NCBI RefSeq assembly: GCF_001194135.2
Contig: NC_068982.1
Span: forward strand, 68,921,229 to 68,969,129
DNA from: Octopus bimaculoides
Lineage: Eukaryota
DNA: 47,901 bases
Direction: 5' to 3'
Shown here: piece after piece, positions 25,399 to 36,234 of the stretch
Layout: each line of letters starts with the position of its first letter
How positions within the stretch are numbered: position 1 is the first letter of the stretch
Translations under genes and position numbers: made by a program
Notes under the pieces: model-generated
Told to the model about the DNA's origin: nothing
Databases searched by the model: none
What the model saw: the letters and a program-made list of their open reading frames with translations, nothing else

Positions 25399-26093
25399 TT
25401 GTCCATCTATCTTATCTATCTTCATCTGTTTTCGGAATGGTGCTTGCTATTCCCAGGAGTTCGAGGCATCAGCGCGGGCAGGCAAAGCCATTATTCATCT
25501 TTGCTAAGTACAGTGTCAACATATCATCATTGGGAGGTTAATTAAGGTTCCATATCTAACACTAAGATGGAAAAGTGATTAACATGTAAAGCTTTCATCG
25601 TTGTTTACAAACCGTATTGACGTGACCACACGTAAGAGAAAGCAGCGCTCGCTCACACGTGTGCATGCGTATGAAGCCACACCCATGTACGCTCATGCGC
25701 ACACGCACAGTCTTGTACACATACATACACACGCACACACAAACATGCATACCCGCATTAAGACAATTAGACACGCACGTTCTTATGTATGTATTCGATA
25801 TGCACGCAATTTGCAATTTATGCGTGTGTGTACACATACACGCATGTACACACGCACACATACTTTTTTTATGCAAATGTATTGAAAAAGACTTTCTACA
25901 GACTCATGTACGGATGTGCACAAAAATGTGTATATATATATATCTAGGAAATGCTTTTATGTATGTATGTATGTATGTATGTATGCTGAATATATGTATA
26001 TATGTATGCATGTATGTTATATATTATACATATATATATTATGTGTATGTATATACATATTATATGTATGTATATTTATGTAGGAATGTATAT

Positions 26094-26266
26094 AGATAGA
26101 TCGATAGATAGATCGATAGATAGATCGATAGATAGATCGATAGATAGATCGATAGATAGATCGATAGATAGATAGATGGTCAGTCAGTTAATTAGCTAGC
26201 TAGTCGATGTAGATGATAATCNNNNNNNNNNTAGATGATAATCAGAATCGAAAACATCAGGATGAG

Positions 26267-26332
<66 letters not shown>

Positions 26333-26606
26333 GGAGGGAGAGAGAGAGAGAGTGGGAGAGAGAGAAAGAGAGAGGGAGAAAGAGAGAGAGAGAAAGAGAG
26401 ACAGAGACAGATAGATAACCAGATAGATAGATAGACAAATCGATAAGTAGATAGATAGATAGCTAGATAGAGAGTAAGAGGGAAATAATAAGAAAATACA
26501 GAAATGGGAAAATGTCGGTAATAGCGTGATTATTATTGTGGAGGGGGTTAGCTCAACAGACAGACAGACAGGCAGATAGACTGTTAAACAAAAATTGAGG
26601 GAGAGA

Positions 26607-26704
<98 letters not shown>

Positions 26705-26843
26705 TAGATAGATAGAGAGAGGTAATGATATGATGACTGAGAGGTTCAACATTATGAACAAAGAATCGTGGAACTAACTGAAAGGAAAGGTCAGTGTGAT
26801 AAAGGAAAAAGGAAAGTGTTAGAATGAAAACGAGAAAGAGAGT

Positions 26844-26913
<70 letters not shown>

Positions 26914-27150
26914 GAGAGAGAGCGGGCAACAGATAGATAGAGGGATAGAGATACACAGAGTGAGAGAGTGAGTGACAGAGAGAAAAAGAGAAAATTCTAA
27001 CGAAAGAGATGGAGAGAAAAAGGTAGAGAAGTATAACATAAGTAAAAGAGAGTCGCATGCATGCTTCAAGAGATGCACATACACATACAGGTAGGTAGGT
27101 AGGTAGGTAGGTAGGTAGCTAGCTAGCTAGCTAGATAGATAGATAGATAG
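26094..27150. repeat. compound GATA/AG microsatellite field
   Basis: (ATAGATAGATCG)n at about 26094-26170, long (AG)n tracts, and a (TAGG)-(TAGC)-(TAGA) series at about 27089-27150. Confidence 0.9.
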
Positions 27151-27452
27151 AGAGTGTTGCCCTCAGAGTTGCTAATGTTATATTCGTTATATTTGTATTA
27201 ATTTTTCTTTTTGACAAAATTGCGAACTTGCAAAATTGACTGCTGCTATTGCTGCTGCTACCACCACCACCACTACTACTACTACTACTACAAGCTGTCA
27301 AAGATCAGTAATGCGATTTATCACGTCAAGGCATTCGAAACGCCAGCAGCGCAAATAAAGAGAGCTTGTCATCAGGAATAATACAGCGGAAGACGTAAAA
27401 ATTCTCGAAGGTTGGGTGTTTATGGAGTATACGAAAAGGCCACGGGATGCCA

Positions 27453-27529
<77 letters not shown>

Positions 27530-27989
27530 TGTGTGTGCATTGGAATGATAGATGTAGATTGTGGAGTGGAGATGCTAAGTGTTCGGCGACTGTTGAATGT
27601 GACCGCTTCCATATAGAAATCCTTAAGATAACAGGTAGCAAAATAATGCATGTATAACGATTTCTTTTTAATTCAGGATAAAAAGGAGTGTTTGGATTGG
27701 AGAGGAACTACAGGTAACTGAATTTAATCCTGTTTATTATAGGTATGCATTGTCCAAATTTCAGTCAATTAAATCCTTGGAATTAGAAATAACGCTAATT
27801 TTACCAGAGCAGGAGACACAGTTGACTAAACTGATTCCAATATATTTTTCTGACTGATTCTAACGACTTAGATAGTTTAAAGGCAAAGTTGATTCCCCTG
27901 GTATTTGATCACGGAAGCGAAAATGTTAAGAAGAAATATAGTAATACATTTTACTAAGTAAATGTATTACTCTTTAGCTAGTATTATTG

Positions 27990-28595
27990 TTTATTTTTAG
28001 CAAAGTTAATAATCCTTTCTCCTACAGGCACAACGCTTGAAACTTTATGGGAGTAAGCTTGTCAGTTACATTGATCCCAGTACTCGACTGATACTTATTT
28101 TATCGACTTCAAACGGATGAAAGGTAAAGGAACTTGAACTCAGAACGTAAAGACAGACAAAATACTACATAAGGTTAATAATGATTTCTGATTTAGGTAC
28201 AAGGCCACCAATTTTAAGGAGTAAGGGTTAGTAGATCTCATCGACTCTTGTACTATATTTTATCGACCCCGGAGGAATAGAAGGCAAAGATGACTGCAGC
28301 GGAATTTGAACTCTGAACGTAAAGTGTAGGAAGCAATAGTGCAAGGTATTTTGTCCGATGTGCTAACGATCCTGCCTGATTGCCGCCTAGCATAAGGTCA
28401 GTAATGGTTTCTAATCTGTGTACAAGACCAGCAATTTTGAGGGGAGTACTTTACTTATACTTTATTTTATCTATCCCGGAAGGATGAAAGGCAAAATTAA
28501 TCTTCTCTGAATATAAAAAGTCGGAAGAAATACGGTAAGACACGTCCGACGTTCTAACGGTTCTGCCAGCTCGTCAAACCTCACATAAGGTCAAT
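27990..28595 (-). mobile_element. three tandem family A SINEs
   Basis: Units at about 27990-28165, 28175-28390 and 28400-28575, each followed on plus by cataaggt (28168, 28391, 28584). Confidence 0.75.
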
Positions 28596-28794
28596 GATTT
28601 AGGGCTAAGATACCAACCCATAGGAGAATCAGGAGAACCAGTGACTTTCATGTCGTTTCGAGGAGTATTAGACAGAAAATAATATCACAACCGAAAATCA
28701 AAACCGATTGCAGACTTTTTGTGACTAAAACTAATTTTAATTTATGCTTTCGCTATTACTGCCACATTATCACAACCGTTATCGTCAATGTTAT

Positions 28795-29110
28795 TAAGGC
28801 AGGCGAGCTGGCAGAGTTGTGAGAGTTTCTGAAAAAATTCCTTGAGGTATTTGTTCTAACAATGCCAATAGATATTATTATTACTGTCTCCAAGGTGGCG
28901 AGAATCATTAACGCATCGGACAATATACTTAGCAGTATTTCTACCGGCCCTATATATTCTGAGTTCAAATTCCACCGAGATCGACTTTACTTTTTCATCC
29001 TTTCGGTGTTGATAAAATAAGTACCAGTTAAGCACTGGGGGTGGGGGTGATGTAATCGACTATCCCCCACATTTAAGGCCTTGTACCTATATTATAAATA
29101 ACTATTACTT
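28795..29110 (+). mobile_element. family A SINE head fragment plus near-full copy
   Basis: ggcaggcgagctggcag head at about 28798. The second copy from about 28890 has gagttcaaattcc and the ggccttgtacctata tail. Confidence 0.75.
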
Positions 29111-29844
29111 TCTCCAATTAAGAGGAACATATCAATTAATTTTTAAAAAATTCTTTTCGCTGCATAGGCATCCAATACGTCTCTTCTTTAACTGAATTAG
29201 TTAAAATATAAGGCATTGTTCCCTGCCAAAAGAAGCCTAAGTTTAGGAATATATAAGGTGTAAATAAACGCAAACAAATAAATACTAGATAGATTTGCTA
29301 CAGTAAATTCACATACACTTACACACACCGTACACGTATTATTTGTCTTGTCTGTGGCTGAAGTTTAAACAAAACCAACAGAGCGACTTATAGCTTATGT
29401 GGCTTTGGAGAAAAGTGTTGGTCGGTTGGAAATCTCTTCTGAAATAGCAACTTCCAGTGTATACGTGACCTCACACTATTTGAGAATATAAAACAGGTGT
29501 GTCCTTTGAGACATTGACGTTAAGTATTACAAGAGAAGACGTCAACACCAAACGGAACGCTATTGTTTCCAGTGAATTATTTAGCATTTTTGAAGAACTT
29601 TCGTAGTTGTTACCAGTGTCCAGGAGAAAAGTTGAACCAATTTCCCCAGAGGATCATTGTTATTGTTGCTGGTGCCGCTTTTTTGTTGTAGTCTTTGTTG
29701 TTGTTGTTGTTTATCTTGCTGTTGTTGATGCAGTACACGGATTAATGATGGTTTAGTTAGTCCTTCCTACTCATTTTTAAACACCGTTCAGCAGCTTCCC
29801 TCCAGTGTTCTCGATTAGTTGCGTGCTCATCTGTAATTTTAAAG

Positions 29845-30215
29845 TGTTTATTGACAGCCTTCAGGTCTTCCTAAAAGGTGTGATACCATATAGCCCATGG
29901 TCTTCCCTATCTTCCCCTTCATCATGTTGGTGCCCATATAAATACTGTTTTTTTTTTGCACACCTATGACCTGACAGCAGTTGGACATGACTTATCAATT
30001 GACTCTTCGTTTCGTTGATGTATCTCAGGCTCTTCGCGAAGACACCCTCCTTGAGACATCTTTGTTTCTGATATGATGATGACACGAAATTCCCAGGATT
30101 TTTCTCAAGCCTCTTTGGTGAAAGACATCAAAGTTTTAGTTGATTTTACGCAGTTTTTTCTCTATATTTTATCTTCATGCGGCACCATTGATAGTACAAT
30201 GGTATTGTGCAGGCT
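29845..30215 (-). mobile_element. decayed RTE-clade LINE ORF 3' end
   Basis: Minus-strand frames give FDVFHQRGLRKILGIS..HIRNKDV..RR and W.P...RGR.GRPW..W..TF.EDLK, typical of the RTE C-terminus. Contains stops and frameshifts. Confidence 0.75.
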
Positions 30216-30856
30216 GAACATAGTGTTGGTATTCAATATATTTAGGGATCAAACTGTATATTTGTTGAAATACTACTGTCGGCTTCAAGATTTTGTATTA
30301 GTCATGATAACAATATTTTGATAAGAAATTATTGTGTAAAAACCATTTCAGTATAATAGATTTTTTTTAAAAAAGAAGCACTTTTGAAGTAAAATATATT
30401 CTTCGAACTAATCCCTATTGTAACAGATAGTATATTGGTGTGCAACAACAACTTCAAGAACAAGATCTAGAACAACAACAACAACATTCCGGGGATTGAC
30501 CCCACATTCATTATGATCCTGATTCAAACACCATAATCACTAAGCTAGGCTACTTCACACAAGAAATCTATTTAAGACTGTATCCGATCTTTTACACAAA
30601 TGTGCTAATGGAAACAAAAGATTTTGATACCTAGAAACGTCCTTGAGTTGTGATGCAACTATTATTTTACACTAGACTTTGATTTGTGAAGAGTAAGTTA
30701 ATTGGCAACATTTTCTCTCTCTCTCCCTCTCTCCCTCTCCCTCTCTCCCTCTCCCTCTCTCCCTCTCCNNNNNNNNNNNNNNNNNNNNNNNNNNNNNNNN
30801 NNNNNNNNNNNNNNNNNNNNNNNNNNNNNNNNNNNCATCTCTCTCTCCCTCTCTCC

Positions 30857-30895
<39 letters not shown>

Positions 30896-31014
30896 TCTCT
30901 ATATTTTAAGATATATATATTTACTGGAGACATGTTCAAATGTCCATGAATGTGTTTAAACAAATACAAACATATACGGACATAGGCAATACAAATTATG
31001 TTCTATAAAAACAC

Positions 31015-31140
31015 TTGATTTAGTTTTTAATTTAGGCACAAAGCTAGCAATTTTGAAGGGAGAGGTTTGTCGATACTATCGGCCACAGTACTCGATTAGT
31101 ATCCCGAAAGGATGAAAGGTGAAGTTGATCCCAGCGGAAT
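31015..31140 (-). mobile_element. family A SINE 3' fragment
   Basis: taggcacaaagctagcaattttg...cccgaaaggatgaaagg..gttgatcccagcggaat. Confidence 0.6.
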
Positions 31141-31750
31141 AATGAATTGAAGTTACGAAGTGTAAATGGGTTCTGTATCAGTCACAGAAGCGAAAGGGCT
31201 TTTGATAAGTAATTAGTTATATCTTCATAACAATTGGAGTGTTATTAAGCCAATGCATTTAATAGTACTTGTCTTGATTTGGTGAGGGTATCGTCTTCAA
31301 TAAAAAAATTTCTGCATTATTAATGTCACATGAAAATGACCCAATGACGTTAAACTAATTCAGTAATGAAGATTTGTTTATTACGTACATCCATGTCCAG
31401 TCCAAGCCATCTTTTCAGATGGCACACTTGTAGAAGGCAAAATCTTGTGAACTAAGTTTTTAACAAGAAGCTCACTGGCAAAAGTTTCGGAGCCATAAAT
31501 AAGTGGAAAAAATAGCAATTTCACATAGAGGATCGTCAGTAAAAATTGAGTGTTAGCGAGGTAAGAGAAGTCTAGAAACCATGCACTCAATACATTTGGT
31601 AGGAGTTACAATTATTTTTAATAACTGTTTGACTTAGCTCCATATGACTTAAAGTTTTGTGCGCGAGAGGGTGCTTTCATATCAGATGCTAGGAACAGAG
31701 TCATGTGGAGATAAGATAAGCTTTTATTAATATGTTATATATACATATAT

Positions 31751-31853
31751 TTCACCCTTTCGATAAAATAAGTACCAGTTGAGTACTGGGTCGATGTAAT
31801 CGACTTATCCTCTCCCCAAACTTGCTGGCCTTGTGCCAAAGTTTAAAACCAAT
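31751..31853 (+). mobile_element. family A SINE 3' fragment
   Basis: ttcaccctttcgataaaataagtaccagttgagtactgggtcgatgtaatcgac...ggccttgtgccaaagtttaaaacc. Confidence 0.7.
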
Positions 31854-32172
31854 ACTGACACACACACACACATACACACACACACACGCCTTATAATCGA
31901 TCATTGAGAATGTGTGCTCAACACCGCATTGGTGGATAAAACATTCTTTGTTTGTGGGTAACCAGACTAATACTGGCGTCACGTTGAGAGATATCTCTCT
32001 CAATATGAAACCAATGGTAGTCTGGTTATCTCACGAATAATATATATATATGGGGGAAGAGAGGGAGAGAGAGATAGAGAGATAGCTATACAAACACACA
32101 CATACACACCCGTTCATATGTACCTGTATGTATTAAGCATTAATGATATAAGAAAAAGATGTTTCTACTTAC

Positions 32173-32594
32173 CTGTACGCGTGACTCAGTTAAACCAATT
32201 CTGAGAGCCAATTCTTCTCGCATAAAAATATCTGGGTAATGCGTTTTAGCAAAACTGCGCTCAAGTTCGTTCAACTGGGCAGGCGTGAAACGTGTTCTGT
32301 GTCGTTTTTGTTTGACAGTTTTGTCCAGATCTTGGCCGTTGTTTCCACCTCCTCCGTTACCATTACCGGTACCACCATTAAGTGAAGACTGATGCTGTTC
32401 TGAACTGGTTCGTCCATTATTGATGACTGAAGACTTGAGCTGGTTTTCTTCTTTCTCTTTGAGCGGGGCACCACCAAGGAGTTCATGACCCGGATCGCGG
32501 ATACCTGGAACAGTAGAGAGTAATTCACACAGGACGGTTGAGGGAACATCCAGTCTTTTACTGGGGTGCTGGTCGATAGAAATACGGCTCACAT
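32173..32594 (-). CDS. otp: orthopedia, homeobox exon (homeodomain residues 1-46)
   Basis: Encodes ...[53 protein letters not shown], matching the Otp homeodomain as recalled. Donor CAG|GTAAGT at 32172-32167. Acceptor tttttattgtAG at 32596-32595 is phase 1 (exon starts AT GTG AGC). Joins in frame to VWFQNRR of the last exon, at the PRD-class codon 46/47 intron position. Confidence 0.97.
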
Positions 32595-32892
32595 CTACAA
32601 TAAAAATGGAAATTAAAAAAAAAAATGGTTTGTCTGTATATGTGTTTTATTAAGTTAACTATGAGGAAACCAACTCCCGGATGTCATTTTAGATTTATGA
32701 ATTTCTCCCATTATTTCCCATTAACTATTTGATGTCAGCCAAAGCACCAAAGAATGAAAAAAGAACATTATATGAACCAGGACGTAAACTGAACAGTACA
32801 GATAACCATGTACTGAGAAGTTATTAATGTTTTTACGCTACAACTAGTATATTTCTAATAGTTTAGTTTTTATTATCTCTAAATGTACACAT

Positions 32893-33107
32893 GGCGGCAA
32901 GCCGGCAGAATCGTTAGCATGTCAGATACAATATTTGGAGCATTTCGTCTGTCTTTGCCTTCTGATTTCAAATTTCGCCAAGGTCGACTTTGCCTCTTAT
33001 CTTTTGGGGGCCAAAGTAATCGAATAGCCCAATGGGGGGTGTCAATGTAATCGATTAGCCCACCCGCCGAAAAGTTCACGTCTTGTGCCGGTGGTAAAAA
33101 GGATTAT
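32893..33107 (+). mobile_element. family A SINE
   Basis: ggcggcaagccggcagaatcgttagc head, gtcgactttgcc body, aggattat tail end. Confidence 0.75.
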
Positions 33108-33334
33108 CTCTTAGTGTACATAAAAAACGTAGCCGTCATTCGCAAGGGGGTATGACATAGCAACATGTGCTATACTTTCGTCAATTGTTTTAAGTGTCTG
33201 TATAGTTACGAGCAAATATAGACACCACCGTCACATCCCTCCCACATTTAACCAAGCGGAAGATTGAGAATGTAAAAGGTGGAGGGAGAGAATACTTGGC
33301 TGGTTGGTACTAATTTTCAGTTGAGAAGACAGGA

Positions 33335-33450
33335 ATCACGTGAAATAAAATGCCTTGTTCAAGAAGACAGCGTGCCACCCGGTCCACGAATCGAAGCCAC
33401 GTTCTTATGATCGCGAGCCCGATGCACAGACCACTAAGCCATGCTACTTC
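33335..33450 (-). mobile_element. family C SINE head
   Basis: Reverse complement gcatggcttagtggtctgtgcatcgggctcgcgatcataagaacgtggcttcgattcg matches the heads at 7838 and 12878. Confidence 0.65.
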
Positions 33451-33870
33451 ACACATGGGTATACTTTATTTGTAGCTGTTAAATTATACATATTAATAGC
33501 CTTGCGTAGGTAACGAAATGCATAAAAACCTTATACTAAAAATTATGCTATATAATGCAGTATATATATATATATATATATATATNNNNNNNNNNNNNNN
33601 NNNNNNNNNNNNNNNNNNNNNNNNNNNNNNNNNNNNNNNNNNNNNNNNNNNNNNNNNNNNNNNNGTGTGTGTGAATTTGTGAATGTTTGTTTACGTGCGT
33701 TTAGGGATATGACTAAGTTAAAGAGAAGTTACTCATGATACAAAATTCAAATATTTAGGGATGTTTCATTTTCTTCTCTCATATTTTCTCCTCAAAATTC
33801 CACAATTTCTACGGCCATTATTTTCATAATTTACATTTGACGGATATTTTACCTCATCTTGTTTGTTGTT

Positions 33871-33913
33871 AACACAACGTTTCGGTTAATATACCCTCCA
33901 TTCATCAGGTATT
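33871..33913 (-). ncRNA. minimal type-I hammerhead ribozyme motif (stem II damaged)
   Basis: Minus strand: AATAC CTGATGA atggagggtatattaacc GAAAC GTT GTGTT. Stem I is AATAC/GTGTT, both core motifs are intact, and helix III is the palindrome AACGTT with a GUU site, as in PLE minimal hammerheads. Stem II pairing is poor in this copy. Confidence 0.55.
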
Positions 33914-34342
33914 CGAGAGTAATACAACACTTCGCAAATATCTCCTTCGAGTAAAACCACCAATAGAAGAGAATATGACCAAAGACTGCGTGAACTCCAT
34001 CTCATGCGACTGTGGTAGGTTATACAAAGGCGAAACATGCCGCTCCCTCAAGATAAGGGTAGACGAACATCGCAAAGCTGTGACACGAGGAGATATTGAT
34101 AAATAGGATATAGCTGATCTTATCTGGAAAAATGGAGACCACCTCCCCCTCTAGGATGAAGTTAAAATAATAGACAGAGAACACCACCGGAAAATACGAA
34201 AACTAAAAGAAGCAGCACATATGCAAGGACACAATAACCTCCTAAGCAGACCGCGTGCAGATATGAGTAGCATATGGAAACCGGTATCAAGGAAGGATAG
34301 GAGAATATTAGATTTAAAAGCCCTAAAACTCACTCTATAATT

Positions 34343-34422
34343 GCTCACGAGCATATGGCGTAGTGGTCAAGAGCGCGGGCTTCTAACCCCAAGATTCCGA
34401 GTTCGATTCCAGGCAGTGACCT
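34343..34422 (+). promoter_or_regulatory. tRNA-like internal Pol III promoter (A and B boxes) in the PLE 3' region
   Basis: A box TGGCGTAGTGG at 34356-34366 and B box GTTCGATTCC at 34401-34410, with an anticodon-like loop CTTCTAA. Stems are imperfect, so this is not a functional tRNA gene. Confidence 0.7.
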
Positions 34423-34997
34423 CAATAATAATAATAATAACATCCAAAAATACCTTAGGAATGAGAACCCAGGTTCAAAATTTCCCCAAGACACCTGATG
34501 AAGGTGGAGGGTATATCCCCAAGATGAAGGCGGAAGGGGCATATTAACAAGAAACAAGATGAGGAAAAATATCCGTCAAATGTAAATAATTTACCTAATT
34601 CCTCATCTCTTAGATATAGAACTGTATTTTCTATGGGCATATATATTATGTTTGAGACACACAGACACATAATAAACAGTCACACAATTACATATATACG
34701 TAAGTGCATAGGTAAATTATTTACAAAGCAAGGGTTCATAGTGATTTCGAAGTTTCCCTTGATCTGATGAAGCCAACTGATGCGAAACTTCGAAGTGATT
34801 GTAACAGGTTATATATTTATGCATACATATCATATCATATCATACATACATATCATACATACATAAGATCAGTAGAAGATGAGATTATGAACATTTTATA
34901 AAAAAATCAGGATAGTTAAAAATACTGATATGATTATGAAAACATGGATAGTATTACAGTGGATTGACTGTATATTCTCAATCACCTTGTATGTACT

Positions 34998-35144
34998 CAG
35001 GGCCGGCCCTAGGGTTGCTGGCGCCCTGGGCAAGCTGAAATTCGGCATGTACAAGCTGGAAAATTTCTTGTCTTTGTCTCGCCCTCCTTGGTGCCTCCGA
35101 GGCATATAGTACCTCGGGCGACTGCCCGAGTTGCCGGTACCCTG
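34998..35144. mobile_element. hAT-like non-autonomous element
   Basis: Starts CAGGGCCGGCCCTAGG...GGCGCCCTGGGC and ends GCCGGTACCCTG (imperfect TIRs). GC-rich, with an internal hairpin ctcgggc-gact-gcccgag. No TSD seen. Confidence 0.5.
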
Positions 35145-35309
35145 AGCCTAGATAAAAACGGTTATTGAGAAGTTCATTTAACATGCATGTATATATATAT
35201 ATATCTTTTTACGTTGAAATGTTGATAGGTTTTTAATAATGCATTTGCTTTTCTTTTGTATACTTTGATATACATACATACATACATACATACATACATA
35301 CAAACATAC

Positions 35310-35354
<45 letters not shown>

Positions 35355-36234
35355 NNNNNNNNNNNNNNNNNNNNNNNNNNNNNNNNNNNNNNNNNNNNNN
35401 NNNNNNNNNNNNNNNNNNNNNNNNNNNNNNNNNNNNNNNNNNNNNNNNNNNNNNNNNNNNNNNNNNNNNNNNNNNNNNNNNNNNNNNNNNNNNNNNNNNN
35501 NNNNNNNNNNNNNNNNNNNNNNNNNNNNNNNNNNNNNNNNNNNNNNNNNNNNNNNNNNNNNNNNNNNNNNNNNNNNNNNNNNNNNNNNNNNNNNNNNNNN
35601 NNNNNNNNNNNNNNNNNNNNNNNNNNNNNNNNNNNNNNNNNNNNNNNNNNNNNNNNNNNNNNNNNNNNNNNNNNNNNNNNNNNNNNNNNNNNNNNNNNNN
35701 NNNNNNNNNNNNNNNNNNNNNNNNNNNNNNNNNNNNNNNNNNNNNNNNNNNNNNNNNNNNNNNNNNNNNNNNNNNNNNNNNNNNNNNNNNNNNNNNNNNN
35801 NNNNNNNNNNNNNNNNNNNNNNNNNNNNNNNNNNNNNNNNNNNNNNNNNNNNNNNNNNNNNNNNNNNNNNNNNNNNNNNNNNNNNNNNNNNNNNNNNNNN
35901 NNNNNNNNNNNNNNNNNNNNNNNNNNNNNNNNNNNNNNNNNNNNNNNNNNNNNNNNNNNNNNNNNNNNNNNNNNNNNNNNNNNNNNNNNNNNNNNNNNNN
36001 NNNNNNNNNNNNNNNNNNNNNNNNNNNNNNNNNNNNNNNNNNNNNNNNNNNNNNNNNNNNNNNNNNNNNNNNNNNNNNNNNNNNNNNNNNNNNNNNNNNN
36101 NNNNNNNNNNNNNNNNNNNNNNNNNNNNNNNNNNNNNNNNNNNNNNNNNNNNNNNNNNNNNNNNNNNNNNNNNNNNNNNNNNNNNNNNNNNNNNGTACAT
36201 ATCTATGTAATGTATACACACACACACACACACA

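Larger units (their letters stand above)
33827..34625 (+). mobile_element. 5'-truncated Penelope-like element with inverted terminal segment
   Basis: 33907-34340 translates VFESNTTLRKYLLRVKPPIEENMTKDCVNSISCDCGRLYKGETCRSLKIRVDEHRK...DREHHRKIRKLKEAAH.... This is a PLE-type GIY-YIG endonuclease region (C-x-CG..YxGET.R.L..R..EH) with two premature stops. 33827-33910 is the reverse complement of the tail at about 34492-34590. Confidence 0.85.

Noticed and set aside
27990-28595. CRISPR-like regularly spaced repeats in the SINE arrays
   Set aside because: Eukaryotic context; the units are about 200-bp diverged SINE copies without unique spacers or cas genes.
34343-34422. tRNA gene (Arg-TCT-like loop); likewise tRNA-like heads at 7838 and 12878
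   Set aside because: Acceptor, T and anticodon stems are broken and the sequences continue into repeat bodies. They are retroposon heads, not tRNA genes.
34998-35152. Helitron 3' end (hairpin followed by CTAG)
   Set aside because: The CTAG is followed by A rather than T, no 5' TC end was found, and the CAGGGCCGGC/GCCGGTACCCTG termini fit a TIR element better.
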